From assembly GCA_964518675.1 (NCBI GenBank), contig CAZFGQ010000009.1, forward strand, positions 1,903-65,902: a stretch of 64,000 bases of DNA, read 5' to 3'. The notes beneath the pieces were generated by a model. The model saw only the letters and a program-made list of their open reading frames with translations. It was not told the origin of the DNA and searched no databases. The translations under genes were made by a program, and so were the position numbers. Numbering within the stretch: position 1 is the stretch's first letter; each line of letters begins with the position of its first letter. Positions 19,442-29,525 of the stretch are shown here, in pieces. The stretch comes from an uncultured Spirochaetota bacterium. Its GTDB lineage: Bacteria; Spirochaetota; B62-G9; CAZFGQ01.

Positions 19442-20917
19442 ATGGCAGGGACAGAAGTTAATAAAAATCCAGAGAACTATGGACTTAAACCAGAATTGGT
19501 CTGGAGATTTTTCTTTGATATTTCCAGGATCCCGAGGTGTTCGGGGAATGAGTCAGGTATCAGAGATTATATCAGGAAATTCTGTGAGAGAAAAAATCTC
19601 AAATATGTTGTGGACAACTCTGGAAATGTGGTTGTGCATAAGTTTCCAGGTAACAGTTCAAAAGACACTGGCATTATTTTTCAAAGCCATATGGATATGG
19701 TATGCGAAAAAAATTCAGACTGCACCCATGACTTTAGCAGCGACCCTATCAGGGTTGAGGTTATAGATGGATGGGTAAGAGCCAGGGGTACAACACTCGG
19801 TGCCGACAATGGTATTGGGGTTGCTGTAATGCTTGCCATGCTTGAAGAGGATTCTGATTATGGATTTGAATGCCTTTTTACTGTGGAGGAAGAAACAGGT
19901 CTCAGAGGTGCCTTTGAACTTGAACCGGGGATACTTGAAGGGAGATATCTCATCAATCTTGATACGGAGAGTGAGGGAGTTATATATATAGGTTGTGCTG
20001 GTGGCAGGGATTCTGATATGGTTATAACTGTAGAAAGGATTCCTTCTGAGATTGATTCAAAGGTTATGAAGCTTCATGTCTACGGTTTCAAAGGAGGGCA
20101 TTCCGGGGCTGAGATCCATCTTGGAAGGGAAAATGCCATAAGAGCGATGGCACGAATTCTTTATCAGATTGGCAGGGTCGTCTCTCTTAAACTTGTCGAT
20201 ATTTCAGGTGGTGATAAACACAATGCGATACCAAGAGAATGTATGTGCAGGATATCGGTGAATAGATATTCGACGCAGCTTGTGAGGGAGCTGGCAATTC
20301 ATTATTTTGATATGATCAAGACAGAACTGGGCGACTTTGAAAGCGATATCAGAATTGATGTAGATGAAGATAAATCTGTTAATGAAACAATGGATTATGA
20401 GAGTACTAAGAAACTCATAAACTTTGTGCTTTCTCTTCCTCATGGTGTGTTACAGATGAGCCCTGCATTTAAGGGTCTTGTTCAAAGCTCAACTAATATC
20501 TCCTCCATAAAGACCGAGGGTAATAGAATCAGGATCCACTCAAGTCATAGGAGTTCTTCTGATTCAGCACTCCAGTGGATTGCAGATGCTCACAGAGCTC
20601 TATCAGAGCTTGCAGGAGCTGTTATAAACCAGGATACTGGATACCCTGCATGGCAACCTGAGCCAGAATCGAATCTGGTCGGGATTGCCAGAAAAGCAAT
20701 AGAAAAGGTTACGGGAAAAGAGGCGCAAATCAGGGCTATCCATGCAGGGCTGGAGTGTGGTATATTAAAAAGAAGGATAGAGGGTATTGAGGCTATTTCG
20801 ATAGGACCTACAATTATTGGTGCACATTCACCTGAGGAAAAGGTTAACATTAAAAGTGTCGAGGTTTTATGGAATGTCATAAAGGAAATCCTCACCATAG
20901 TCTCAAAAGGCTCCTAG
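19442..20917 (+). CDS. pepD: Aminoacyl-histidine (Xaa-His) dipeptidase PepD, M20 family
   Basis: Length ~490 aa. HMDMV, GADNGIGVA and EEETGLRGA metal-binding motifs typical of PepD. Confidence 0.85.
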   Translation: MAGTEVNKNPENYGLKPELVWRFFFDISRIPRCSGNESGIRDYIRKFCERKNLKYVVDNSGNVVVHKFPGNSSKDTGIIFQSHMDMVCEKNSDCTHDFSSDPIRVEVIDGWVRARGTTLGADNGIGVAVMLAMLEEDSDYGFECLFTVEEETGLRGAFELEPGILEGRYLINLDTESEGVIYIGCAGGRDSDMVITVERIPSEIDSKVMKLHVYGFKGGHSGAEIHLGRENAIRAMARILYQIGRVVSLKLVDISGGDKHNAIPRECMCRISVNRYSTQLVRELAIHYFDMIKTELGDFESDIRIDVDEDKSVNETMDYESTKKLINFVLSLPHGVLQMSPAFKGLVQSSTNISSIKTEGNRIRIHSSHRSSSDSALQWIADAHRALSELAGAVINQDTGYPAWQPEPESNLVGIARKAIEKVTGKEAQIRAIHAGLECGILKRRIEGIEAISIGPTIIGAHSPEEKVNIKSVEVLWNVIKEILTIVSKGS

Positions 20918-21015
20918 ATTTTATATAAATCAAAATGGAGGATTAAAGGGTTCTTATTTTTGGTAATCTGTTCAGTAATGTATTTGGTTAATATCTAATT
21001 AATGAAAAGGAGTGT

Positions 21016-21213
21016 ATGGATCCAATGAAAAAAATATATAGATCAAAAACAAATAAAGTGATAGCGGGAATTTTTGGAGGAATTGCTGAGATCTATGGCA
21101 TAGACCCCAAACTTTTAAGGCTTCTGGCTGTATTTATAGCGCTTGTTTCTGGAATCGTTCCCGCTATAATCACATATCTGGTTGCGTGGATAATAATTCC
21201 ACCTGAGCAGTAA
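21016..21213 (+). CDS. PspC-domain small membrane protein
   Basis: KVIAGIFGGIAEYFGIDP-like PspC motif followed by a single TM helix. Confidence 0.7.
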   Translation: MDPMKKIYRSKTNKVIAGIFGGIAEIYGIDPKLLRLLAVFIALVSGIVPAIITYLVAWIIIPPEQ

Positions 21214-21320
21214 AATCTGATATTCAGTTCAGTTATTAAAAGGGTTTTCTACCGGTTGTTGCTCTGGGATCAAGTGTTTTGGTCCTTTGATCCTGATTAT
21301 AAAAAGTGGGAGGTTAAAAG

Positions 21321-21518
21321 ATGTGTCTGTCATCGGTATATCAGGGAGAGGTAAGTGATAACAGGATTATATTAAAAGAGGCATCCCTTCTGAAGGTTAA
21401 AGATGATGAGGTTATAATCGAAAACATATTTGGGCAATCTGAATCTCTTAAAGGATATTACATTAAAGAGGTGAATCTTGTGAAGAATTATGTAGTGCTT
21501 GATAAAAGGGGGGAGTGA
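21321..21518 (+). CDS. CooT-family small protein (putative nickel-binding/RNA-binding-like fold)
   Basis: ~65 aa, N-terminal MC dipeptide, beta-rich pattern alignable to R. rubrum CooT. Its stop overlaps the next start by 4 nt (GTGATG). Confidence 0.5.
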   Translation: MCLSSVYQGEVSDNRIILKEASLLKVKDDEVIIENIFGQSESLKGYYIKEVNLVKNYVVLDKRGE

Positions 21519-22216
21519 TGTCTGACATTGGAGAGAAAGAAAAACTGATTAAACTTATGGAATACTGGTTAGATCATAATGAGGAGCATTTGAAAGAAAA
21601 TATCGAATGGATGAAGAAGGCAGGGAACCTGGGTCTGTATGATATTGTACATGGATTATCCCATGTGGTAGAATATTCCAGAAAGATCAATGAGGAATTT
21701 GATGAGATGCTCCATATGCTGAAGGGTGAGGGGCATGCTGGAAGGGCTCATGAGCATCATGTTGAATACCAAAAACACGACCATATACACATCCATCCCA
21801 TAGGTATTATAAAAACTCCCTTCTCCGAAAGTGTGCCACAGGATGGAAGGTGGAGAGAGTTTGAGTGCAGGATTGTTATCGATGAGTCACTGAAGGAGGG
21901 ATTGTACAGGCTTGAAAGCTTTTCGCATGTATATGTATTATTTTACATGCACAGATTGCAAAGGGATTTTGAGCTAAAGGTAACACCTCCCTCCGGTGGT
22001 GGTATTCAGGTCGGAGTTTTTGCTTCCCGTTCGCCTGTGAGACCAAATCCGGTTGGAGTAACAATTACAGAAATAAAGAGAATCGAGGATAATGTGATCT
22101 ATACAGGTGGCATTGATGCAATTGATTGCTCACCTTTGATAGATAATAAAACTTATAAAAAGGCGGAGGACTGTATTGGAGAAGCAAATGAAGGATGGCT
22201 TGTGGAAGGTAATTAG
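21515..22216 (+). CDS. TsaA/TrmO (YaeB)-like domain protein with an N-terminal ~90-aa His-rich extension
   Basis: C-terminal 140 aa alignable to E. coli YaeB (IGIIKTPF, LESFSHVYVLFYMH, RSPVRPNPVG). N-terminal segment contains HAGRAHEHHVEYQKHDHIHIH. Confidence 0.75.
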   Translation: MMSDIGEKEKLIKLMEYWLDHNEEHLKENIEWMKKAGNLGLYDIVHGLSHVVEYSRKINEEFDEMLHMLKGEGHAGRAHEHHVEYQKHDHIHIHPIGIIKTPFSESVPQDGRWREFECRIVIDESLKEGLYRLESFSHVYVLFYMHRLQRDFELKVTPPSGGGIQVGVFASRSPVRPNPVGVTITEIKRIEDNVIYTGGIDAIDCSPLIDNKTYKKAEDCIGEANEGWLVEGN

Positions 22217-22233
22217 AAGATAGATGCAGGAGT

Positions 22234-22329
22234 AAATAAAAAATTATAATTGGGAGGAATCGAACCTCCCAGGCAGACGCCGCCAGAGATTAGAAAATAG
22301 ATATGGAAATAAATAAAAAATTATAATTG
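22234..22329. repeat. Two copies of a 19-bp direct repeat (AAATAAAAAATTATAATTG) flanking a hairpin with a tRNA T-arm-like sequence on the minus strand
   Basis: Exact 19-mer at ~22234-22252 and ~22311-22329. Between them lies the palindrome TGGGAGGAATCGAACCTCCCA (minus strand reads GGGAGGTTCGATTCCTCCC). Confidence 0.5.
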
Positions 22330-22447
22330 AGTATTGCTATTACCAATTACCTGGATGCTTTTGAGGGCTTTGAAAAACAGGTGAATACTGGGGATTTAGA
22401 AGCATCTTTTACGTACCGATGTATTGAGTGTAGGAATAAAACGAGAG

Positions 22448-23698
22448 ATGGAGTTTATGGTATCTTTTTTTAAATATTTAATATTATTCTCAAAAAAGTA
22501 TGTAGTTTTTTATCCAATACTTTTTTGTTTGCTTTTTATTTTTGTCTTTTTTGCTAATGTACCATGTTTTGCTCATACCCGGGAAGGGGAAACAGGGGAA
22601 ACAGGTTTGGAGGGTTTTTTAGAAAGTCTTAGGGGAAAAGAAGGCTTTTCTCTCAGCGATTATTATTCTGATAGCTATCTTCTCGACAGTTACGTGGAAA
22701 CTATTATTTCTCTTACACCTGATCAGGATCTTGTTTCTCAACTTATTATTACCTCATCTGGTGGGTATGGAAGAAAACCAGATTTTGCACTCAAACTTAT
22801 TGAAGAGAAAAAAGTGGGGGGAACTATCTTCTTTGAAAACTCAATCACAGAAATAAAAGAGCTCGCAAACAAATATATGCAGGCCGCAATTGATTCAAAT
22901 TCGATACTTTTACCATTATTTTCTATTGATGGTGAGCCCACTTTAATTACAAAAAGGTTTTATAAAAAGGTTGTTCTACCGTATTCTGAGTATATTGAAT
23001 CCCCCGATGAGTGCCGTTACATTGCCAGGGATATCTCTTTGCTTTTGAAAAACTGGGGAGTGCACGTAAACTATGCCCCGGTATGTGATCTTTCTCAGAA
23101 TAGAGCAATTATTGGTAACAGGTCTTTTGGGGATAGTGTGGAAAAGGTTTCCAGGTATGCAAGTATATTTATTCGGACAACCCAATCCTATGGTATAATC
23201 GCCACCGCCAAACATTTTCCGGGACACGGAAGTATGGAAGGAGATACTCACAGGAAGCTGGTTATTTCAAAGGGGCTTCCTCCGGAGCTGACAATTTTTC
23301 AAACTGCAATAGACAGTGGTGTGATTTTTGTTATGGTTGGCCATATAGCGATAGAAGGCGATGAATATTTCGGCACAAATGGAAAGCCTTCTACACTTTC
23401 CAGAAAGATTGTTACAGGTCTGTTGAGGGATAGGATGGGCTTTAAAGGGATAATTATTACGGACGCCATGACTATGAGGGCTGCAAAGATCTTTGACGAT
23501 CCGGAATTAAAAGCAATAGATGCGGGAGTGGATATGATACTCATGCCGAATGATGAGTTGTCTCTTCTCGATGCTTTGATGAAAAGGGTGAAAAATGATG
23601 TGGATTTCAGATTTAGAATTATGGATTCGGTTCGGAGGATTGTAAGATTGAAGGCCTGTCTTGGATTAATTAATGAGAAGGCACTTTTAAATTATTAG
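22448..23698 (+). CDS. nagZ: Glycoside hydrolase family 3 N-terminal domain protein, NagZ-like beta-N-acetylhexosaminidase, with an N-terminal TM/signal
   Basis: KHFPGHGSMEGDTHRKL motif, GH3 N-domain only (~400 aa). The track ORF starts at TTG 22424; ATG 22448 is more plausible. Confidence 0.75.
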   Translation: MEFMVSFFKYLILFSKKYVVFYPILFCLLFIFVFFANVPCFAHTREGETGETGLEGFLESLRGKEGFSLSDYYSDSYLLDSYVETIISLTPDQDLVSQLIITSSGGYGRKPDFALKLIEEKKVGGTIFFENSITEIKELANKYMQAAIDSNSILLPLFSIDGEPTLITKRFYKKVVLPYSEYIESPDECRYIARDISLLLKNWGVHVNYAPVCDLSQNRAIIGNRSFGDSVEKVSRYASIFIRTTQSYGIIATAKHFPGHGSMEGDTHRKLVISKGLPPELTIFQTAIDSGVIFVMVGHIAIEGDEYFGTNGKPSTLSRKIVTGLLRDRMGFKGIIITDAMTMRAAKIFDDPELKAIDAGVDMILMPNDELSLLDALMKRVKNDVDFRFRIMDSVRRIVRLKACLGLINEKALLNY

Positions 23699-23706
23699 CT
23701 GTGAGG

Positions 23707-23820
23707 TGTTGAAAAGTTTATTGGTATTCGATGGTTACCCTCATGTTTGATGGATGGACAATTGCAATTGGTTTATCGTCTTGTTGAAAGGTTTATTAGC
23801 AATCGATGGTTACACTTGTC
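23707..23820. repeat. Two imperfect ~37-nt direct repeats (period 75 bp) upstream of the HD-GYP gene
   Basis: tgttgaaaaGTTTATTgGtAtTCGATGGTTACcC versus tgttgaaagGTTTATTaGcAaTCGATGGTTACaC. Confidence 0.5.
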
Positions 23821-23963
23821 TGCGAGAAACATGGAAAGTGATGTGAGAATTTACGGGAAAGAGGTTTAAAAACTTGGAACTTGGGGGATAAATATCCTAT
23901 AATCAATACTGAAGCTTTTTGTTTAGCCTGTCGGTTAATCCGAAATAGGGAGCTTGATGCCGT

Positions 23964-25193
23964 ATGCTTACAGAGGTAGAACGCCTAAAAGAGATTATCA
24001 GGCTCGATAATGAACTTTCAACGGTTCAGGATCTGGATCTCCTGCTGGAGAGGATTCTAACTGAGGCCAGGAAGATCACAAATGCAGATGCCGGTTCTAT
24101 ATACATACGGGAGGATGACCATCTCGTTTTCAGTTATGCCCAGAATGATACGATGCAGAGAAAATTGCCACCAGGGCAGAAGCTGATTTATCTCACATTT
24201 AAGATGAAAATTACTACAGGTTCGATAGCGGGTTATGTTGCTTCTACTGGCAAGACACTAAATATACCAGATGTTTATAAAATCCCCCAGGATGCTCCTT
24301 ATAAATTCGATTCCAGTTACGATAAGGTCTCGAAGTATAAAACCCAGTCAATGCTCACCGTTCCTCTGAAAAATGCTACAGGCGAGGTAATAGGGGTTCT
24401 CCAGATAATAAATAAGAAAAACCACGATGGAGAGGTTATCCCGTTTGATGGCGAGGATGAAGTAATATGCCTTCATTTTGCATCTACTGCAAGTATGGCT
24501 CTTCAGCGAGCCCAGCTTACAAGAGCTTTGATTCTTCGTATGATAGCGATGGCGGAGCTGAGAGATCCCAAGGAAACTGGAGCTCATGTTAACAGAGTTG
24601 CTGGGTATGCAACAGAGATATACGAATGTTGGGCAAAAAAACATGGTCTGAGCAGGGAAGAGATTAACAAAAAAAGGGACATCCTCAGAATGGCGGCCAT
24701 GCTCCATGATGTGGGTAAGGTTGCGATATCAGATGTTATTCTGAAAAAGCCTGGGAAACTCACAAAGAGAGAAAGAGAAATAATGAAGACCCATACTTAC
24801 CTCGGTGCAAGATTGTTTATTCAAAAGCAATCAGAGTTCGATGAGATAGCTTCGCAGGTGGCCCTCAGACACCATGAGAACTGGGATGGAACGGGATATC
24901 CTGGTCATATAGATGTTCTAACAGGCAAGCCTATAAAAAAGGGACCGGATGGTAAGCCACTGCCGCTGAAAGGAGAGGAAATACCTTTATTTGGGAGAAT
25001 CGTCTCAATAGCAGATGTATTTGATGCTCTTCAATCCAAAAGAGCCTATAAAAAGGCTTGGGAGGAGGACCGGGTACTGAAAGAAATGAAAAGTCTTTCC
25101 GGTACAAAGTTTGATCCCGAACTGGTCGATGCATTTTTTGAGACCTATAATGTTATCAAATCTATTACGGCTCGTTACCCGGATACCGATTGA
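23964..25193 (+). CDS. GAF-domain plus HD-GYP-domain protein (c-di-GMP phosphodiesterase family)
   Basis: N-terminal GAF. HD motif (MLHDVGK) and HHENWDGTGYPGH, an exact HD-GYP signature. Confidence 0.85.
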   Translation: MLTEVERLKEIIRLDNELSTVQDLDLLLERILTEARKITNADAGSIYIREDDHLVFSYAQNDTMQRKLPPGQKLIYLTFKMKITTGSIAGYVASTGKTLNIPDVYKIPQDAPYKFDSSYDKVSKYKTQSMLTVPLKNATGEVIGVLQIINKKNHDGEVIPFDGEDEVICLHFASTASMALQRAQLTRALILRMIAMAELRDPKETGAHVNRVAGYATEIYECWAKKHGLSREEINKKRDILRMAAMLHDVGKVAISDVILKKPGKLTKREREIMKTHTYLGARLFIQKQSEFDEIASQVALRHHENWDGTGYPGHIDVLTGKPIKKGPDGKPLPLKGEEIPLFGRIVSIADVFDALQSKRAYKKAWEEDRVLKEMKSLSGTKFDPELVDAFFETYNVIKSITARYPDTD

Positions 25194-25387
25194 TTCACTC
25201 ATCTTTTCAGTTATGCAATCCAAATCTCTTTCCACTCAAATTATTTGCGGGGATAATTATTTCTAAAACTGTGAAATATGGCTGTTATCAGTAGAAAAAT
25301 AGTTTTCCTTGGGCGGAAAAAATAATATTATATCCTGATTATAATTACAGGCAGTAAAAAATAAATAACATAGTATATCAAGGAGAG

Positions 25388-27400
25388 GTGACAATGACAG
25401 AACTGGAGAAAAAGGCTATTAATACGATCAGATTTCTTTCTATTGATGCAATTCAGAAAGCAAAGTCAGGTCATCCAGGGCTTCCTATGGGAGCTGCCCC
25501 TATGGCTTATGTGCTTTGGCATGATTTTTTAAAGCACAATCCCAAAAATCCATCATGGCCGGATAGAGACAGGTTTATTCTCTCCGGTGGTCATGGTTCA
25601 ATGATGCTGTATTCTCTTTTATATCTAACAGGTTATGATGCAATGACTCTTGAACAGCTCAAATCATTCAGACAGTATGGGAGTATTACACCGGGACACC
25701 CGGAGAGACATCTCACACCTGGTGTTGAAGCTACCACCGGTCCTCTGGGTCAGGGAATCAGCAACAGCATAGGAATGGCGATTGCCGAGAGGTTTCTTGC
25801 TTCATTATTTAACAGGGATAATTATAAAATAGTTGATCATTATACATATGTTATTGCCACTGATGGAGACCTGATGGAGGGCGTAGCCTCAGAGGCTGCA
25901 TCTCTTGCCGGTCATCAGAAACTTGGGAAATTAATTGTTCTTTATGATGATAATAAAATCTCTCTGGCCGCCCCAACCTCTGTTACCTTTACAGAGGATG
26001 TGGGAAAAAGATTTGAATCCTATGGATGGCAGGTGTTGGTGGTTGAAGATGGAAATCACGATCTTGATGCTATCAGAAAAGCCATTAAAGAAGCTCAGGA
26101 AGAATCGTCAAAACCAAGCCTGATTATGGTAAGAACAACAATAGGATATGGGAGCCCCAATAAAGCAAATACTTCATCAATCCATGGTTCTCCACTGGGG
26201 CCCGATGAAATAAAACTAACCAAGGAAAATCTTGGTTGGCCTCTTGAGCCTGAGTTTTACGTGCCAGATGATGTTCTTGAGCATTTCAGAGAAGCAATTG
26301 AAAAGGGTAGGAAAGCAGAAGAAGAGTGGAAAAAACAGTTCGATGAGTACGCTGGAAAATACCCCGAACTTGCAAAGCTGTGGGATGAATTCTGGGCTGG
26401 AAAACTCCCCGAAGGGTGGGAAAAATCAGTCCCGGTATTTAAGCCTGATGAGGGTGGTGTGGCAACAAGGAAGGCAAGTGGAAAGGTTATAAACGGTCTG
26501 GCACCGGTGATAAAAAATCTTCTTGGAGGAGCAGCTGATCTTGAACCCTCCTGTAACACCTATATGGAAGGTATGGGTGACCAGCAGGCTGATAATCCTG
26601 GAGGGCGGAATATCAGGTTTGGTGTCAGGGAACATGCGATGGGAGCGATACTGAATGGACTTGCCTATCATGGTGGAGTAATACCATTTGGAGGAACCTT
26701 CCTCACATTCTCGGATTATATGAGAGGTGCGGTTAGGGTGGCAGCTCTTGAGAAGCTTCATGTAATCTGGGTATGGACGCATGATAGTATCTGGCTTGGT
26801 GAGGATGGCCCAACCCACCAGAGTGTGGAACACATAGCGGCTCTGAGAGCTATTCCAAATGTTATTATTATAAGGCCTAGTGATGCCAACGAAACTGCTG
26901 AAGCATGGAAATTTGCCCTTACACATGATGGTCCGGTTGGTCTTATACTCAGCAGACAGGGATTACCTGTTATTGATAGAAGCAAATATGCGCCGGCAAG
27001 CATGTTAACAAGAGGTGGGTATGTGCTGGCAGATTCAGATGGAAAGCCCGATGTGATCCTTATTGCCACTGGTTCTGAGATATCCCTTGCCCTTGAGGCT
27101 ATGGATGTTCTGAAAGAAAGGGGTATAAAGGCAAGGGTTGTTGCCATGCCAAGTTGGGAGCTATTTGAGGCTCAGCCGGAAGAGTATAAAAAAGAGGTAT
27201 TGCCGGACGATGTGAAGGCCAGGGTTTCTATAGAGGCAGGTGTTGGCCTAGGTTGGGAGAGATACACTGGTGACAGGGGAAAGGTAATCTCGATTGAGAG
27301 ATTTGGTGTATCCGCTCCATATAAAGTTTTGATGGAGAAATTTGGATTTACTCCGCGGAGAGTGGCGGATGAAGCTGAGTCTTTGATCAAGAAGTCCTAA
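25388..27400 (+). CDS. tkt: Transketolase
   Basis: GHPG, TPP-binding GDGxxMEG and GEDGPTHQ motifs; 670 aa. Confidence 0.95.
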   Translation: MTMTELEKKAINTIRFLSIDAIQKAKSGHPGLPMGAAPMAYVLWHDFLKHNPKNPSWPDRDRFILSGGHGSMMLYSLLYLTGYDAMTLEQLKSFRQYGSITPGHPERHLTPGVEATTGPLGQGISNSIGMAIAERFLASLFNRDNYKIVDHYTYVIATDGDLMEGVASEAASLAGHQKLGKLIVLYDDNKISLAAPTSVTFTEDVGKRFESYGWQVLVVEDGNHDLDAIRKAIKEAQEESSKPSLIMVRTTIGYGSPNKANTSSIHGSPLGPDEIKLTKENLGWPLEPEFYVPDDVLEHFREAIEKGRKAEEEWKKQFDEYAGKYPELAKLWDEFWAGKLPEGWEKSVPVFKPDEGGVATRKASGKVINGLAPVIKNLLGGAADLEPSCNTYMEGMGDQQADNPGGRNIRFGVREHAMGAILNGLAYHGGVIPFGGTFLTFSDYMRGAVRVAALEKLHVIWVWTHDSIWLGEDGPTHQSVEHIAALRAIPNVIIIRPSDANETAEAWKFALTHDGPVGLILSRQGLPVIDRSKYAPASMLTRGGYVLADSDGKPDVILIATGSEISLALEAMDVLKERGIKARVVAMPSWELFEAQPEEYKKEVLPDDVKARVSIEAGVGLGWERYTGDRGKVISIERFGVSAPYKVLMEKFGFTPRRVADEAESLIKKS

Positions 27401-27525
27401 AAGCAGCATTGAGGTCTCTACCCAACTGGTGTTGAGCTCTATTGACTTTTTGTTTATTGAAAGAGGGATCAAAGTTTTAAAGGGGGTCCTTAACTCCATT
27501 CTCGGACTTCCCTGGAGATAAACAG

Positions 27526-28725
27526 ATGCTTTCCAAAAAGCTTTTTGAAAGGTTGTATGAGGCGGCGACTATACAGAGGTGGAATGATCATGTAAGACCT
27601 GTCGAGTTCACAGAACTGGACAAACAGGCGCATAAGATGATTATTGCCTGGATAATCGCCAAATATGAAGAGGCTGATAGAGCAGAAAAGGTAAACTGGA
27701 ACAGATTGATGGAGGGGTGTGTTTTCGAACTTCTCCACAGGGTTATATTGACCGATCTAAAGCCCTCGGTTTTTCATAAAATGATGCAGACAAAAGGCGA
27801 GGAGCTGAACAGGTATGTTCTGGACAATATCAGGGACGAGATAAGGGAAATAAGTGGTGGTTTTCTACAGAGGTTTGAAAGGTACTTTCTTGATCGAGAA
27901 TATGCGAAGCTTGAAAAACGAATTCTGCAGGCTGCTCACTATATCTCGACCTGGTGGGAATTTGGGATACTTTACCGGCTGAATAGATTTATTTATGGAA
28001 TCGAAAAAACGAGAGAGGAGATAGAAAATAAACTTGAAGATTTTTATGAACTATCAGGTGTCAGGAAGATATCACTTAAGAAAAAATCTTACGGCTTTTT
28101 AACCCTGTGTGGTCAACTGAGGTTTCAAAAAAGATGGGCCGGAACACCTAGGATTCCCCAGACCTCAGTTCTAGGGCATCTCGGTGTTGTTGCAATTACG
28201 AGTTTTCTTTGCTCCCTTGAGATGGGGCTCTGTGATAAGGCCCTGTACAATAACTTCTATGCAGGACTTTTTCATGATCTTCCCGAGGTTCTGACGAGGG
28301 ATATAATCTCACCGGTTAAGCGGTCTGTTACGGGGATTGATTCTATAATAAAGGAATATGAAAGGTTTCAGCTTGAAGAAGTAATACTTCCGCTTTTACC
28401 CAACGAATGGCATGATGAGATCATATATTTTGTCGTTGACGAATTTGACAATAAGGTACTGTTGGATGGAACCATTATTAAAAATATAAAAGACCAGGAT
28501 ATGGTCAGGCTATACAATAAAGATGAGAATAATCCTCTGTTTGGCAGATTGGTTAAGGCCTGCGATGACCTTTCAGCTTACATGGAAGCACATCTTTCGA
28601 TTAAATATGGAATAAGCAATCCCCATCTTGTTGAGGCTCTGAAGAGCCTGAAGGAAAGATACTCGGATTATTCGATTGTGGATTATCCAATAAAACAGCT
28701 GTTTTTAAACTTCTCGGAAAGCTAG
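27526..28725 (+). CDS. HD-domain phosphohydrolase, YfbR-like 5'-deoxynucleotidase core with a ~170-aa insertion
   Basis: N-terminal IQRWNDHVRP...QAHKM and later LFHDLPEVLTRDIISPVK and LVKACDDLSAY align to YfbR motifs. A large helical insertion separates the His and HD motifs. Confidence 0.65.
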   Translation: MLSKKLFERLYEAATIQRWNDHVRPVEFTELDKQAHKMIIAWIIAKYEEADRAEKVNWNRLMEGCVFELLHRVILTDLKPSVFHKMMQTKGEELNRYVLDNIRDEIREISGGFLQRFERYFLDREYAKLEKRILQAAHYISTWWEFGILYRLNRFIYGIEKTREEIENKLEDFYELSGVRKISLKKKSYGFLTLCGQLRFQKRWAGTPRIPQTSVLGHLGVVAITSFLCSLEMGLCDKALYNNFYAGLFHDLPEVLTRDIISPVKRSVTGIDSIIKEYERFQLEEVILPLLPNEWHDEIIYFVVDEFDNKVLLDGTIIKNIKDQDMVRLYNKDENNPLFGRLVKACDDLSAYMEAHLSIKYGISNPHLVEALKSLKERYSDYSIVDYPIKQLFLNFSES

Positions 28726-29026
28726 GCTGATAGCCCCCTCACATACTCTTAGATTAATTTTACTCTCTTTTACTCTCAAGGTGGATTGTGTCAATCTGTA
28801 TTGATGTTTTAATCTAAAACGAGGATGTCTAATTCCAAAACTATTGCGGTATTCTGTTGGTTCTTATTTGGTGAGGAACATGTTTATTCATACTTTTGCA
28901 GTGCAGTTCAATCTTCTTCTTATAATAAAATTAACCCTTATCAAAAGGAAATTTCTACCGAAACATAGAAAGAGAAAGATAAAAATCCTGTGGGGGGAAT
29001 CATAAACCTCTGTTAGGAGAATATTG

Positions 29027-29518
29027 ATGGAGAAAAAACTTGGAAAATTGATTTCAAATCTTGATTTGCAGATAAGGAAGCATAAGAGTTTATTAAGTAT
29101 GCTGAATAAGAAGCTTGATGCCGTCGTGTCCCAGGATTGGAAAAAACTACAGGAATTGGTTGAGGAAAGTAATCCCTTGCTTGCTCAAATCCGGAGTCTT
29201 GAGGATGAAAGGGTAAAGATTGTAAATGAGATTGCCGGAGATGGGAGCATCAGTATCTCTCAACTGGTTTCCATGTTTGAAACTGATAAAAACGATATTC
29301 TGGTGAGAAAGGCCAATGAGCTGAGCAGGATAGTTAAAGAAATAGAAAGCCTGGTTGTTCAGATAGATACACTACTTAAGGTCTCGCTTGAGGTTATTGA
29401 TTATACAGTGGCATTACTCTCTGGAAATGGGTCTTCTGGTGTTCTTTACGGCACCGGAGGTAGAGAGGAAAAAAGTGAAAGAAATATTTATCCGCTTGTA
29501 TTAAATATTAAGGCTTGA
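29027..29518 (+). CDS. flgN: Probable FlgN-like flagellar export chaperone
   Basis: ~160 aa helical protein immediately upstream of flgK in one operon (synteny). AGGAG RBS before ATG 29027. Sequence similarity is weak, as expected for FlgN. Confidence 0.55.
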   Translation: MEKKLGKLISNLDLQIRKHKSLLSMLNKKLDAVVSQDWKKLQELVEESNPLLAQIRSLEDERVKIVNEIAGDGSISISQLVSMFETDKNDILVRKANELSRIVKEIESLVVQIDTLLKVSLEVIDYTVALLSGNGSSGVLYGTGGREEKSERNIYPLVLNIKA

Positions 29519-29525
29519 GGGTAAT

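Noticed and set aside
22240-22330. Possible complete tRNA gene on the minus strand (GGTTCGATTCC T-loop)
   Set aside because: Only a T-arm-like hairpin can be folded. No acceptor-stem complement, D arm or anticodon arm is present in the flanking ~90 nt, so at most a tRNA 3' remnant.
23707-23820. CRISPR array
   Set aside because: Only two repeat copies, ~83% identical rather than identical, with no additional units and no cas genes in the window
28896-28926. Sigma-70-like promoter upstream of flgN (TTGCAG - 19 nt - TATAAT)
   Set aside because: Spacer of 19 nt is outside the usual 16-18 range. Mentioned only as a weak possibility, not called as a feature.
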